This document shows, in pieces, positions 37,428 through 50,701 of a stretch of DNA of 64,000 bases. Source of the DNA: Heteronotia binoei (Eukaryota). The translations under genes were made by a program, and so were the position numbers. The first letter of the stretch is position 1; every line of letters begins with the position of its first letter. The notes beneath the pieces were generated by a model, which saw nothing but the letters and a program-made list of their open reading frames with translations, ran no database searches and had not been told where the DNA came from. The DNA lies in the NCBI RefSeq assembly GCF_032191835.1, contig NC_083229.1:39370001-39434000 (forward strand). The letters are read 5' to 3'.

Positions 37428-38055
37428 CTAAAGAAAAAATGGATTGATGTCATTATGATAGCATGATGATATAAGGTACACTTCAGCATTATTATGTGAC
37501 TGCTTTTATTTATGAAAGGTAAGTCTGCGGGGCAGAGGGGAAGAAAGCATGGTGTTGATATTCTTTTTTCTGAAAGTAAGTAGCTTGAGGGAATCTGTGC
37601 TCCACATTATTTTGTAAATTGATTTTTTATTCCTTATTTCCTACTTTTCTTACACCACCGACCAGATCCAGATTTGCTTAATTTTCGATATATTGCTATA
37701 TCAGGTGCCTTCCAAATATGCCAGTTTTAAAATTGGCATGATAGTTGACCTTGAACTAAAAAGGATTGCACCCAAACAAAATCTTTTAAAAACAAAACAA
37801 TGCATACAAACACCTTACTCCCAAGAAAGTCAGTTACATTTGTTCAACTAAAATAAACAGAAAACACTGAAATTCATGGGGGAAAACCACTAATATCAAG
37901 GTTTATTATACCTGTCAGCATCTACACATGGCTGGATATTATGCTACCACTGCATCCAGTTGCAAAGGATTGCTATATGTGCCAGGACAACACAATATAA
38001 TATGTTGCATGCAGCCTGTCTCTAGACTGAAACTGAAGCATAGTACTCTCTATAT

Positions 38056-38392
38056 CAGGGGTGGCCAAACTTTCTTAATGTTAGGAGCCACATAGAAATG
38101 TCAGATGTTTGAGAGCCACAAGACATGAACTTCTGGTGGAAGGAAGGAAGGAAGGAAGGAAGGAAGGAAGGAAGGAAGGAAGGAAGGAAGGAAGGAAGGA
38201 AGGAAGGAAGGAAGGAAGGAAGGAAAATAGATGGTGGGAGAGAGGGAGAGGTGTAAAGAAAGCAACTTTAAATGTGTTCTCCAAGCCTCTGACTGGTTTG
38301 GCATGAAGAAGGGATTTAAAGAGACAAATGCCTTCTCCAAGCTGGCCAATGGAGTGGGGAGGACTTCAAGAGCCACAATTTGGCCATCTCTG
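38056..38392 (-). mobile_element. hAT-type MITE with expanded (GAAG)n microsatellite (about 38138-38224)
   Basis: TIR caggggtggccaaac / tttggccatctctg; TSD CTCTATAT / CTTTATAT (7/8). Confidence 0.75.
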
Positions 38393-41300
38393 CTTTATAT
38401 AGTCCTTACTACAGCTGTTGGCCACAGATATTTCTAGTCAAATATGCCTGACATCACTGTTTAGTCATTACCCTCTACCCTTTTCATTCAAATTCATTTT
38501 GTACCCATTATGATCAATCTTTCATATTCTCTTAAGCACACAATCCAGGTTCCAAAGGTGGATTGACCCAGCACTCCAACAATGGGATGCAAGGATAATG
38601 CATCCACCCAGGTAAGCAAGGGATTCCCTTCATCCTTCAAAGGCAATTCCCACACAGGGTAAATATACCCAGTGCAGAGATAATAGATTCTGTAGGTATT
38701 CTGGGAATACATCACCAGGCTGCCAATGCAGTGTTATACTACTGTAACCTCACATGCAAGTGTGGGACACAGGAAACACAATCCCCATCCAAGGTTACTG
38801 CTAGCCCCTCTACTCTAACCTTTCCAGCTTCTTACCAAATGTTCATGATGCTTATTACCTTACAGAATCAGCCTTTAGAGCCAATCTTGGAAAGACTGCA
38901 GGCAAGAGATCCAATGCAATTCCCTTCAAGGCATGAGTAATTACTGGCCTGATGATCACACTATCACCCCAACAGGTGACTGTGACCAGATAGATTGAAA
39001 CCCAACAGGTGACTGTGACCAGATAGATTGAAAGTACTTCAGAGTGTGTGAACTGTGTTGTCTTATTCTGCCTCTTTTTTCTATTTTTTGCTGCTGATCT
39101 ACCTTTTTGCCAACTAAAAGGGAAGTTTCATAGTTTTATCAGCATCTTCAAGTGCATTCCTTCTGTTCATCATAGAGGTACTTTCCTCCATTGTTAAGCT
39201 ACTGAAAAGGCAATGGAAATGTCTTATGCCAATGCCATCTGGAAAGGGGGCTGTAGCAAGGAGAGCAGTTAGGAGAGATCGAGTGGAAAAGCTGGCTGGC
39301 TCTAACCCCCTCTGTTCCTTCTATGTAATTTTATTAAAGATTCAGTTCCTAAAGACAGATAGATGTGAAAGCCATCTTTAAGGGGATAACCGTTACTGAT
39401 GTTTTCAAATATATATAAAGACAACTGCTTTTTTGTTTCCTTTCCCAGTGGAAACACTGGGGAAGGGTGTGTACATTCAGCAATGACATGCATGTCTCCT
39501 GCCTTCTTCCACATTGCTGCTGTTCCAGAAAAACTAACAACGTAAGCCCTTTTCATTCTGAATTCCTGCATTATAAATTATCTACACAGGCTTGAATTTT
39601 GCCAGAAGAAAAATCACAGCTCTTATTCCAGAGATTTGTTTTATTTTCATTCCTACTGGAGGCTGTTCTTTAAGCAATTATTACAAAATCCCCAAAATGA
39701 AATATTCAGTACTCAGGAGCCAAATGCACACTCAGCATAACTCCACTGGTTGTTGTGGGACTGAACCAACTTCTGGTACTCATTCTGGTATAATCATTGG
39801 CAGGTTTATCAATGGAAAAAGGAGTAGTGTAGTCACGTTTAACTCATAACTCCACTGCAAACCTTTCAATGTAAACCTAAACCTGGCATCTCCTCAGCCC
39901 CACAAGGTGAGTCACCATGGGCTTGTTTTTCAGTGTTCAAAAGAATGCTGCTAGTCTCAGGCATCCTTGTTACAGCCTGCAGTGGACTGGACATTTGACT
40001 TACAGGGGAATCTCCCAGTGGGCTGATGCTTTAGAGCAGGAGTCCCCCACAACACCTTTCCCGGTGCCTGCCAAGTATTTTTTAGAAAGTGAGTGGGGTC
40101 AGATGAGACTCCTGTCCAGCAGGATATGTAGATTAAAATAACATTTTGGCAGCAGCTGCCCCTATATTGTTGGTTTTATTCTCTCTTTCACTCCTCTTTT
40201 CCAGTGTGTTTTAAAAAGTACTCCTCTTGTCCCCTGTACTTGGGCTTCCTTTGCATTGCTGGTGGTGGCCATTTTATGGTTGGCTCTCCCTCCTGTGGCA
40301 TCCGTTTTGTGGTCATGCCCATCACCCTGTGTCAAAATTCCAAAGGTGTCCAAAGATTTGAAACAGCATCCAGAAACAAGCACAGTCGACCATCAATGGT
40401 GCTAGTTAGGTCTGAATTAAGAGAATCTACAGAACTGCCTTGAAAAAGCTGCACAGATCAGTCAACTTGGCTTACTCCTGGGGTATTTCAGCTTCTCATC
40501 CTGGCCCAGTTATAGCCCTCCAAATGTGCAGTTTATTATTGCCAAGGAATTCATGTGCCTCCATATTCTCAGTGCCTAAGTAGATCCATAATGTATAGCG
40601 CAGATAGTATTTGCAACTTCAAACTTCACAGGTTTCAGATATCAACAGCAGTAGCAGCAACCAGGCAGCATTTTCCCCCTTAAGAATTAAATTATTCTGC
40701 TTTACTTTTCCTTTCAGCTTCCTAACTTCTTGGGCCACAATCCAAAGAACTCCAGCAGGATTTACTAAAAACACTTGCTGTCTCAAAACTCATTTGATAC
40801 CTCCTCCCCCAAATAGTTTGCTGTAGAGTTCAAAAAAGAAAAGTTAAGAGCCCTGTCAAAGACAAGAATTCAGAAGCCTGACTCTCTAGATTTTGACTCT
40901 GCTGAGTCTGTAAACATCTACTTTGACAATTCCTTTTCAGCTTTTATTCTTGGATATATTTTCCAGGATATGCCAACTTCTTCGAATTTTAAGTCTTGAA
41001 ACTCAATAAATTAGTGTCAGATTTTTGAATCCAAGCGTGTGTTGACACTTTTTAAGACTGGGTGCTAGTTTTCTTGACTGACTATCTTTTTATAAGCACC
41101 ACATATATATTTATAGGCTGTCTATCTTTTTATAAGCACTGCATATATATTTATATTATAATTCCCCATCTTTTCCCCTCTAGCAACATTTTAAAAACAG
41201 TTGTAAAACTACTTCATGGATTGAGGGAAGGTGACAGCACAGAGGTTAGCCAATCAGCATCATCCCAAACCAACTTCTGCTGTAAACTTTCTCCTTCTGG

Positions 41301-41497
41301 AGAAGGATCTGAACACAGTAGGTTGCCATTAAAGTTCACTCCACTGATTAATAAATGTCTGATTTAATTCTCAGAGACTGTAATGCAAACACACAAACCA
41401 TTCTAAATTGGAGCGAATATGCATACATACATAGCTTTTCAGAAAGTTTTTTACTGGCTATTTAAACCTGGTAGTTTTAAGTAAACATCCATCTTAC

Positions 41498-41911
41498 CAC
41501 TGTGCTTTGCTTTAGCAGCCCATTCTGAAACATCATCTTGGGCCCGTCCATCTGTAAACACCACAGCCACTCTGGGCACTTTTGCTGAAAAGCGTCTGGC
41601 CCCTTCTGCTTCAGTGAAGCTCTTCTCGGCCATTTGCTTCAGGGCAAGTCCTGTCATGGAGCCTTTCCCCATATATTTCATTTGAGACACAGCTTTTATC
41701 ATGTCTTTGGCTGTGTTGAATTGTTTCAGTGTAAATTCTGTGCGAACTTCAGAAGAATACTGCAGCAATCCAACATGTGCAGCTTTGGGAGATATTGTAA
41801 GAAAGTCCAAGATTCCAGTTACAAACTCTTTGACGATTTCAAAGTTATTCTCTCCCAGACTTTTTGATCCATCTATTACAAATACCAGATCAACCGGGCC
41901 TTCTGTACATT
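41498..41911 (-). CDS. MATN2: MATN2 vWFA2 N-terminal exon ([25 protein letters not shown]...[21 protein letters not shown])
   Basis: 414 nt, MIDAS DGSKS motif, AG/GT boundaries, phase 1-1. Confidence 0.97.
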
Positions 41912-43963
41912 CTGTATTTTAAAAAGATGAAAAAGGAAGGAAATATACACTTTATGGAAATTTGGTTAAAGAACATTAAAAATATCAAGATGGAATATTT
42001 TCTTGTATAATCATGGTGAATAAAAGCATATTATACTGTTGTAAAAATTATATGCCAGTGACAAGTAAACTGCAAGAAGATCAGTAGACGTCAACTTTGA
42101 ATACATCATGGAGATCTTAAAACGCAGAGGTACTTTCCTTAAACAGATTTTGGAGAGGTGTTTCTTTAAACAGATTTTGAAGACATAAAGTATAAACCAC
42201 CTAATTACATAGTTGCAGTTAGGTATATTGGCTTGGATCCTAAGTTACACTGTTGGAGCAGTGATCTCTCATGTCCAGTAACCCAGATGCAGCATGGGAA
42301 GTGAAATGGGATAAGGAGACTCACCAATCATCTCTCTTCTTCAGAAGAAGTATCTTACAGTGCAATCCTCAGCATATATATTCATAAATGAATCCCAGTG
42401 GGTTAAATGGGACTTAATCCCTAGAAAGGATGTTTAGGATTACAGCCTTACAATGCCACCCTCAGCTAAGTTATACTCATCTAAGTCCATTGAAGTCAAT
42501 AGGCTTAGAAGAATATAACTCTGCATAGGGTGGCATTGTAAATCTAGAATAAAGAGGGGAATAAAGGAGACAGTGAGTGTGGAAACAAATATTGAGATTT
42601 CTTGTGGAAGATCCGTGGGGTTTCTTAAGAATATTTAAGTAGTTGACTCAATTCACACAGGAAGTGTGAACCTGGACCCAGATAGACCAAGACTGTGACT
42701 TTGACCTCAGGTGTTACTCTGTAGGCCAAACTCAGCCACCAGCTACTGTGCAGATCTTTGCTCCTCAAGAAACTGTAATCCACCTCAGGATCCTGGAGCT
42801 GAAGGATCCTACAGACATCAGCTGAAGAAAGAAATGTAGTACAATAAAAATGACGGGCTTACTTCTGCATGCTTTCCCATTCTCTTCCAATATGAATCCC
42901 TCATGGCATTTACAGACATATGAATTGTTGTTGTTCATGCAGATATGCTCACAGCCATGCTCAATGGACTTGCAAAGGTCTTTACCTGAAAAAAAGATTA
43001 AACATATTTAGAAGAATCTACCAGTCAATATGTTTTCCCTTCATAAACACAAACATTAGAATGCACTCAGGTAATTCAGACCTGGTGGACTGGTGGCTAA
43101 GAAGGAAGGAAGGAAACTTCAGGTCTGCCCACTTGGCTAGAGGTGGAACTGTCTTGACTCTAACCAGCCTCCCACACATTTAGATGCCCTGTAGATTGGG
43201 TGTCTCCTATCAGCTGTTAGGCAAGCACTTTCAGCACCTAAGCACCTACATTATCCATTATAATAGTGAAGAAGTTTCTCAGACCCTTTGTGATTCCTTA
43301 TAAACCACAGGACATTAGAATGAAATTGGCAGGGCTGGACCTGAATTTCTGGAGGTATTCCAACATACAGTAAATGAAACTGGAAGCAGAAAAGAAGAAA
43401 CTTCCAAAGTGCAGATATTTTATCAGTTTTACAAATGTTTAATTATTGTGGCTTTACACACATGCATACACACGCAGGGCACTTCACTCATTCTGAATAA
43501 TGCACTTTCAATCCATTATTAAGTCACTTTGCAACTGGATTTTACTGTGTGAAATGGCAAACTCCACTTGCAAAGATCACTATAGTGCATTGAACATGGA
43601 CTGACAGTGTATTATTTAGCATGTACAAGAACATGCGCACCCCCACCACCACCCTGGAATTGTAGTCTAGTAATGGTTATTTGCTAGAGAGCTCTAGGTC
43701 CCTTTATAGAACTTTAGATTCCAGAGATCTTGGGGAAAAGGAAACAAGTGTCAAATTCATTTAAGTCTTCTAGAGAATACTGGAACATTTGTTGCAAATA
43801 AAGAGTTTCAGAGTTATCCATTTACATCTGAAAAGCTTTATTTATATCAGCTGCACTATTTATTGTAAGCATCTTGGCATTTATGAGTGTAAACATCTTC
43901 CAAACAAACAATAAATATGGAATTACATGGCTTGCAGAGAGGAGAGGAATTAAAATTTCTTAC

Positions 43964-44086
43964 TTCTACATGTTTTTTTATCCTCAGCCAGTATAAATCC
44001 TTCATGGCATTTGCAGACATATGAATCTTTATTATTAACACAGACATGCTGGCATCCATGTTGAACTGACTTGCAAACATTTTCAT
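43964..44086 (-). CDS. MATN2: MATN2 EGF exon directly before vWFA2 ([40 protein letters not shown])
   Basis: 123 nt, six Cys, AG/GT boundaries, phase 1-1. Confidence 0.93.
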
Positions 44087-44983
44087 CTGGGTAAAGTTAA
44101 AAGAGTGAGTTGGTTAAAACATTTCTACTAGACTTGAGTATTTCTTTTAATTATAATAATTACAAAAATGGGGTGTTCTGTAATTACTGTAATTAATATG
44201 AAAAGGAAACAAATTCCTCATATAAATAGCCCATAACAACAACAGCAAAACATTATTTAGTTTTGTACTGGTTTCTTTCATTATTGTAGTCTGCCTCTAT
44301 TGGTTTCTCTTTTACAAAGCAGTCAGCATATTCATAATAAAGGCATAGACAGAGCCCAGTGTTACTTAGGGGAAGCAGGGAGAGAGACTCTGTGCTCTCC
44401 TAATTGAATGCAAGCTGTAGCCACTAGCATTACATACACGTATGAGGTATTCCAATCCTGAAGGATACAGTATGGAACTTTGCCTTCCATTCTTCCAATG
44501 CCAGCTTGCCTATCCGCCTTACCCTCCTTGTGCCACCAACTGCCCTTGCCTTGTCAGTCTGCCTCTTCCTTGTGCTGCTGTTTTTCAAGCTACCGTAAGT
44601 GGCTACAGTGCTGTTGTCTGTGTTACTTTTGGAATCTTTCTCATTCATTCTTGCATGAACTTAAATGTTAAACATGGGTGCCTTTCATGGCCTTAAAATA
44701 GAGAGCCTCTTTATTCTACCTGTCTGAAATTTGGCAATGTTGGTGTCCTCATGGAGTACTACAATTCCCCTGAGTTTTGTCCAGTTTGGATGGAAAACCA
44801 TAAAAGTTCAGAACCAAGAAAATAACAATTAAAGAAACAATAATGACACAAAACTATACAAAAACAATCCAATAATGAAACAGATCCTTTTAGATTTCAT
44901 AACAAAACCAACAAAACAAATTCCCATGCACAAGTCTAATGTACAGATTACATGCTCTTTTCAATTAAGATTAAAGAGCTTAC

Positions 44984-45106
44984 ATCTGCAGGTGTGCCCG
45001 TCATCCCTTAGTACAAATCCTTCATGACATTTGCAGGTGTAGGAGAAATCGTTGTTGACACAGAGGTGTTCGCAGTCATGATCAACTGATTTGCAGAGGT
45101 CTTTAC
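44984..45106 (-). CDS. MATN2: MATN2 EGF exon ([40 protein letters not shown])
   Basis: 123 nt, six Cys, AG/GT boundaries. Confidence 0.94.
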
Positions 45107-45231
45107 CTACAGGTAATTTAGATAATTCATGCAGCTTGTGACATGAAACAAAAGGCAAAAAAAGAGAGGCCCAAATCATATCCAGCTTTCATACAATTAA
45201 AATTAAATTATACAGGAAATAGGAATGTAGT

Positions 45232-45859
45232 GCCAAAAGATCAAAAGATGCCAAATGCTGGAGAGGGTGTGGCTTCCAGGGCTCATTTATTCATTGCTGG
45301 TGGGAATGCCCTGTTGTGATGGAATTCTGGAGGAAAATTTTGCCCACTGTTGAACGTATAATTGATCACAAAGTGCCCTTCACCCCCGACTCCATTTTGC
45401 TTAACCTTTGGAAAAATGGGGAAATGCCTAAGCATAAACATGAATTGGCTTCAATGCTTATTTTAGCCGCAAAATTATTAATAGCTCACCATTGGAAAGC
45501 CCCTGTCTTGCCTTCTAAACGTAATTGGTTTCTAAAAATTTGGGACCTAGTAGTAATGGATAAGCTGGCTACTACCATAAAAAATTCTGAAGCATCAGAG
45601 AAAGGTCTAGATAAAAACATGTTTGTAGAGAAATGGTTTCACTTTTTTGCTTATGTACAATCTGAACAAAAAACATTGTGTAAATTACCGGATAAGTATT
45701 TAACTTTTGCTTTATATTAGAAATACACTCTGCATATTGTATTCATAACAGGATGGCTTGTAAGGTAGATTCTATGGTTATTAGTATTATAGTTGATGTT
45801 TGTTGGAATGTATTTTTGTTTTTAATTAATAAAAAGTTTAAACTCCAAAAAAAAAAAAA
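45232..45859 (+). mobile_element. 5'-truncated L1 LINE with open ORF2 C-terminus, poly(A) and TSD
   Basis: Frame open from the element start to the stop at 45720 (KCWRGCGFQGSFIHCWWECPVVMEFW zinc knuckle); AATAAA and A-tail; TSD AGGAATGTAGT at 45221-45231 and 45860-45870. Confidence 0.9.
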
Positions 45860-47105
45860 AGGAATGTAGTATTTACCATGTAATTTCTGGAGGTTTCCCC
45901 TTCCTCCTTCAATAGGAATCCCTCTTAATAATACAGGTGACAGAATCATTGTATTTATCAGCCCAGGCATTTGTACCATACCAATGTTATATTTTTACCT
46001 ATTTTAACTAGTTTTAGTTGTTTCTGAATTGTATTATATGTGTTTTGTTTTCTGTATTTGTTTCCATTGCTTACAACAGGAAAAAGCAAATCCAGTTGTA
46101 ATTTTTTTCTTCAATCAATTGAGATGATATTTTTTAGGATATTACTCCTCATTCAAAGACTCCTCTCCAGCAGAATTTAGGCAGATGGGTAAAAGGTAAT
46201 ATGTTTTATAAGCAATTAAAATTCTTAACCCTCACTATGAGCAAAAGCAGATGGTTGGCCACACAAAAAAAAGAAAGTTGTGGAGTCCAAATAGGAAATA
46301 ATAACAAATAGGAGAACATTGAGAGTGAGTCTATCCAGTCACGTAAAGGAAGTGAAGTGGTGGGAGGTTTAATCAACAAATATAACTTGCAGGTCGGGGA
46401 GCTAAAGTTGTCCTTCCCACACTTTACTTTGCTGAGTTCCAATGATTTCAGTTTTTTTGTTTCTAAGACCAACTCTGATACTGGATGTGAGTTGACTGAG
46501 AGGAAAATTCTGAAAGAAGGTTTGGTTGGAATGGATGGGGTTTAGCTCCCCCCACCTATATTCTTTGTTTCTGTTTAAAAACTGACAATCCCTATCACCA
46601 CCATCTTTACACATATAAGATAAATTATTTGTTTTGGATATGCTATGATATTACTTGGAATGGATTTCTCTCAATCAAATTGTGAGGATACTTGAGAGAT
46701 CTCAGATCTATGCTTATCATTGATGGTGTATCAGTAAAATTCTTCTCCCTACAGATGATGGAGGTGCCTTTCACTGACAAAAAACAAGCATTGGATCAAC
46801 TCAATACCAGGAAGAGACCATAAATATACTGACCAGAGGGGGCAATTTTTCACCCCTCCCTACTACAGAACCCTATATTGCACATGGCATGGTACCTGGC
46901 AGTTCCCTGTACCCCAAGTGCAGCACTGCGGAGGTCATGAGGAGGGGCTGCAGTGGGAGGGAGGATGTGGGAAAGGTTTTTTCTGTTAGGAAAGTTCCAC
47001 TGATGGTTCATTGGCTACAACTCACTGAATGCTTTGCACATGTATTGAGACAGCACAACAAATGCTGACCACTACAGGTTAGAAGAGTGGCATTTGCTTG
47101 CTTAC

Positions 47106-47228
47106 TTCTGCAGGTTTTCCCATCCTCCGTCAGTACAAACCCCTCATGGCACTTGCAGACATAGGAACTGCCATCACTGACACAAAGGTGGTTACAGCCG
47201 TGGTTCACTGATTTACAGACATCTCTAC
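47106..47228 (-). CDS. MATN2: MATN2 EGF exon ([40 protein letters not shown])
   Basis: 123 nt, six Cys, AG/GT boundaries. Confidence 0.94.
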
Positions 47229-47636
47229 CTGGAAAAAAGGCAATCCTTTTCTGGTAAAATATCTGTAGTATGAACAATGCTTAAATATCATCACAAAGAC
47301 TGCAAGCTCTCAATGGAAGTCATGATTCAGTGGTAAAGCATCTGCTATGCATGCAGAAGGCCCCAGGTTCAAACTATGGCTTATTTGGTTAAAAGGCTCA
47401 TTACCAGGTGATGGGAAAGACCTCTGCCACAGACCCTGGAGAGCTGTTGCTAGTTAGAGGAGACAATATTGACCTTGATAGCTCAATGGTTTGATTCAAA
47501 ATAAGGCAGCTTCATGTGTTCAGTCTGCTGCTCTTTTTTCCCAACAGCCCCCCCTCAGCTTTCCAATTTGGTTCTGGATCTCCACCTTCATGCAATGTCC
47601 CAAGGAGGGCTGGTCCTGGTTAGTACCTGGATGAAA

Positions 47637-47852
47637 GGCCCTGACCTGGATGGCCCCAGACTCATTAGATCTTAGAAACTAAACAGGGTTGGTCCTGGTT
47701 AGCATTTATATGGGAGACCACCAAGGAAGTCCAGGATTACTACGCAGAAACAGGCAATGGCAAACCACCTTTGTTCGTCTCTTGCCTTGAAAATCCTATG
47801 GGGGGAGGGGTCACCATAAGTTGGCTGTGACTTGCCAACTTTCCACCACCAC
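47637..47852 (+). mobile_element. 5S rRNA-derived SINE with BovB-like tail
   Basis: ccctgacctggatggcccc...aaactaaacagggttggtcctggttagcatttatatgggagacc resembles 5S rRNA. Confidence 0.65.
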
Positions 47853-48028
47853 CATTTCATAGTAATTCTTAAGGGGGGGAACTAGTCAAACAGCCCCCCA
47901 CCAAATTTATCTTTCACAAACAGGAGATGTAACTTAGTCACAGTAACAGTTTTGTAATTCATTCAGTTTATATGACTTACCTATTTTATACAGAAACAAG
48001 TTAACAGGACAGAGGAAATAAAGCTTAC

Positions 48029-48151
48029 GTTTACAGGTCTTCCCATCACTGTGCAGTACATATCCTTCAAAGCACTGGCATGCATAAGATCTGTCACTAT
48101 TCACACATTTATGTCCACAGCCATGGTCGCTCAGCAAGCAATAGTCTATTC
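48029..48151 (-). CDS. MATN2: MATN2 EGF exon ([40 protein letters not shown])
   Basis: 123 nt, six Cys, AG/GT boundaries; corresponds to recalled human [15 protein letters not shown]. Confidence 0.95.
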
Positions 48152-48937
48152 CTGAGAAGAAAAGGAGGCTGTCAGTAGAAAAAGTATCCAGCTATTTCAG
48201 GATGGATCCAGGCTAAACTTTCCTGCCTTTCCTCTCCCACTGAAGCCCTAATCTCCAAGAAATGCTACCCCTGAAAGATGTGGTGTTTGTCCACAGTAGG
48301 AATGGAGAACCCGTGGATTCATGATTTAGCCTTCACTAAATAAAATGTGAATAAACTAGATAGATTTTTTTCCTCCAGTACTGCATCTCATTTTATAGTG
48401 CTGAAATTTCTCCTGATTTAGTGGTAAACGGCCAGAAGAAGAACAGGAAGATGTTGTATATAGATGAACCTTGTAGCTCTGAGCCAGAATGCCAGTGTAC
48501 ACAGTTCATCTGCACATGAAGTACCACTTGATAATCAGATATGAAGTACCACCAACCCATTTCAGTAGCTGATGTAGGATGCTTTGCCCGCATATGGTTA
48601 ACACTTGTGTTCTAAGCATTTTTATGTTATCATTAGAATAAAGTGTTTTGATTCTGCTGCTGGTTTAAGCAGCTATTATAAGAACGCAAGAGAAACTGTG
48701 TTGGATCAGGCCAATGGCCCATCCAGTCCAACACTCTGCATCACACAATGGCCAAAAACTCAGGTAGCATCAGGAAGTCCACCAGTGGGGCCAGAACTCC
48801 AGAAGCCCTCCCACTGTGGTCCCTCAAGCACCAAGGATGCAGAGCATCACTGCCCCAGACACAGTGTTCCTTCTATAAGTTGTGGCTAATAGCCACTGAT
48901 GGTCCTCTGCTCCATATGTTTATTCAATCCTCTCTTG

Positions 48938-49340
48938 AAGACCAAGCCCTATGAGGAAAGGCTGAGGGACTTGGGAATGATCAGTCTGGAGAAGAGGGGG
49001 TTGAGGGAGGACATGTTTGCTCTCTTTAACTATTTGAAGGGCTGTCACTTAAAGGAGGGCAGGGAGCTGTTCCTATTGGCAGCAGAGGTTAGGACTCACA
49101 ATAATGGTTTAAATTAAGGGCAAGGAGGTACCAACTGGATATTAGGAAAAACTTCTTTACAGTAAGAGTTGTTCAACAGTGGGATCAGCTTCCGAGGGAG
49201 GTGGTGAGCTCTCGCTCACTGGCAGTCTTTAAGCAGAGGCAGGACAAACAGTTGTCAGGGATGCTTTAGGCTGATCCTGTATTGAGCAGGGGGTTGGACT
49301 AGATGGTCTGTATGGCTCCTTCCAACTTTGTGATTCTTTG
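48938..49340 (+). mobile_element. Second CR1 3' fragment, opposite orientation, nested in the first
   Basis: ORF PYEERLRDLGMISLEKRGLREDM; 3' end ccttccaactttgtgattct. Confidence 0.8.
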
Positions 49341-50488
49341 TGAGTCTATACTTGTAGCTGCCAGCACCTCCTGTGGCAGTGAATTCCATGTGTTTATTAC
49401 TCTTTGGGTGAAGAAGTACTTCCTTGTATCTGCTCTAAGTCTACTACTCATCAATTTCATTGACTGGCCATGAGTTCTTATATTGTGAGAAAGGGAGAAA
49501 AGTATTTGTTTCTCTATCTTCTCTATCCCATGCATAACTTTGTAATCCTCTGTCATGTCACCCCTCAATTATTTCAAGAGAAAGAGCCCTAATCTCTTTA
49601 ATCTTTCTTCACAGGGAAAGTGATCCATTCCCTTAATCATTTTAGTTGCCCTTTTTTGCACCTTTTCCAATGCTGTATCTTTTTTGAGGTATGGTGACCA
49701 GAACTATACACAGTATTCTAAATGAGGGTGCACCATAGTTTTATACATGGCCATTATGATACTGGATGATCTGTTTTCAATTCCTTTCCTAATAATCCCC
49801 AGCATAGCATTTGCCTTTTTTTTATTGCAGTCACACACTGAGTCAACATTTTTAGTAAGCAACCTAACATGACTCCAAGATCTCTCTCATGGCCAGTTAC
49901 CACCAGTCTGGACCCCATCAACATGTATTTATAGTTGGGATTACTTCACACTTGCCTATGTTGAACCTAATTTCCCATGCTGATGCCCACTTGTCCAGCC
50001 TCAACAGATCCCTCTGGAATGCCTCACGATCTTCCCTGGTTTTTACCACTCTGAATAACTTAGTGTCATCTGCAACTTAGCCACCTCACTGCTCACTTCC
50101 AACTCCAAATCATTAATGAACAAGTTAAAAGGCACCAGGCCCAGTACAGAGCCCTGTGGTACCCCACACACACTGCTTACCACCTTCTGCCGTGGAAAAA
50201 ACAGGTTGCTTACCTGTAACTGATGATCTTCGAGTGGTCATCTGTGCAGTCACACACATGGGTCTTGCCGCAGGCAACGGATCCATACCTCGGAGCTCCA
50301 ATAGCTCGTTTATAACGTCTTTTGGCGCGCTTTCCTCCCGCCCTGGGGAGCAGGCAGCGACTGCGCATGCCTGGAGCGGGGGGAGAGCGCCCATTCCACT
50401 CAGTTTCTTCCAGCCGCCACTGGCAGTGAGACTAGAAAGGTTGAAACAAGAAGTACCAAAGGCCAGCAGCGGGGAAGGCTGGGTGGGC

Positions 50489-50585
50489 GTGTGTGACTGC
50501 ACAGATGACCACTCGAAGATCATCAGTTACAGGTAAGCAACCTGTTTATCTTCTTCGTGGTCTCTGTGCAGTCCCACACATGGGT
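50489..50585 (-). repeat. DIRS internal complementary region (ICR) carrying the circle junction CCTGTTT|ATCTTC
   Basis: 50489-50547 is the exact reverse complement of the outer rITR plus extension; 50548-50585 is the exact reverse complement of the opposite terminus (56516-56553). Confidence 0.92.
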
Positions 50586-50701
50586 GACTAGCCAGCTAAG
50601 TGTCCTGGAGGAGGGTGCTGGAAAAGAAAGAAGTTAGTCACGTGACCCATACCACGGACTGTACGACATAGGAACATAAGCGGATGCACTCACCCCTCAT
50701 C

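Noticed and set aside
38081-38376. ORFs with FLPS/RKEG repeats
   Set aside because: Translations of a (GAAG)n microsatellite inside a MITE.
47637-47730. 5S rRNA gene, and tRNA genes at SINE heads elsewhere
   Set aside because: Diverged heads fused to LINE-derived tails and present in several dispersed copies, so SINEs rather than functional RNA genes.
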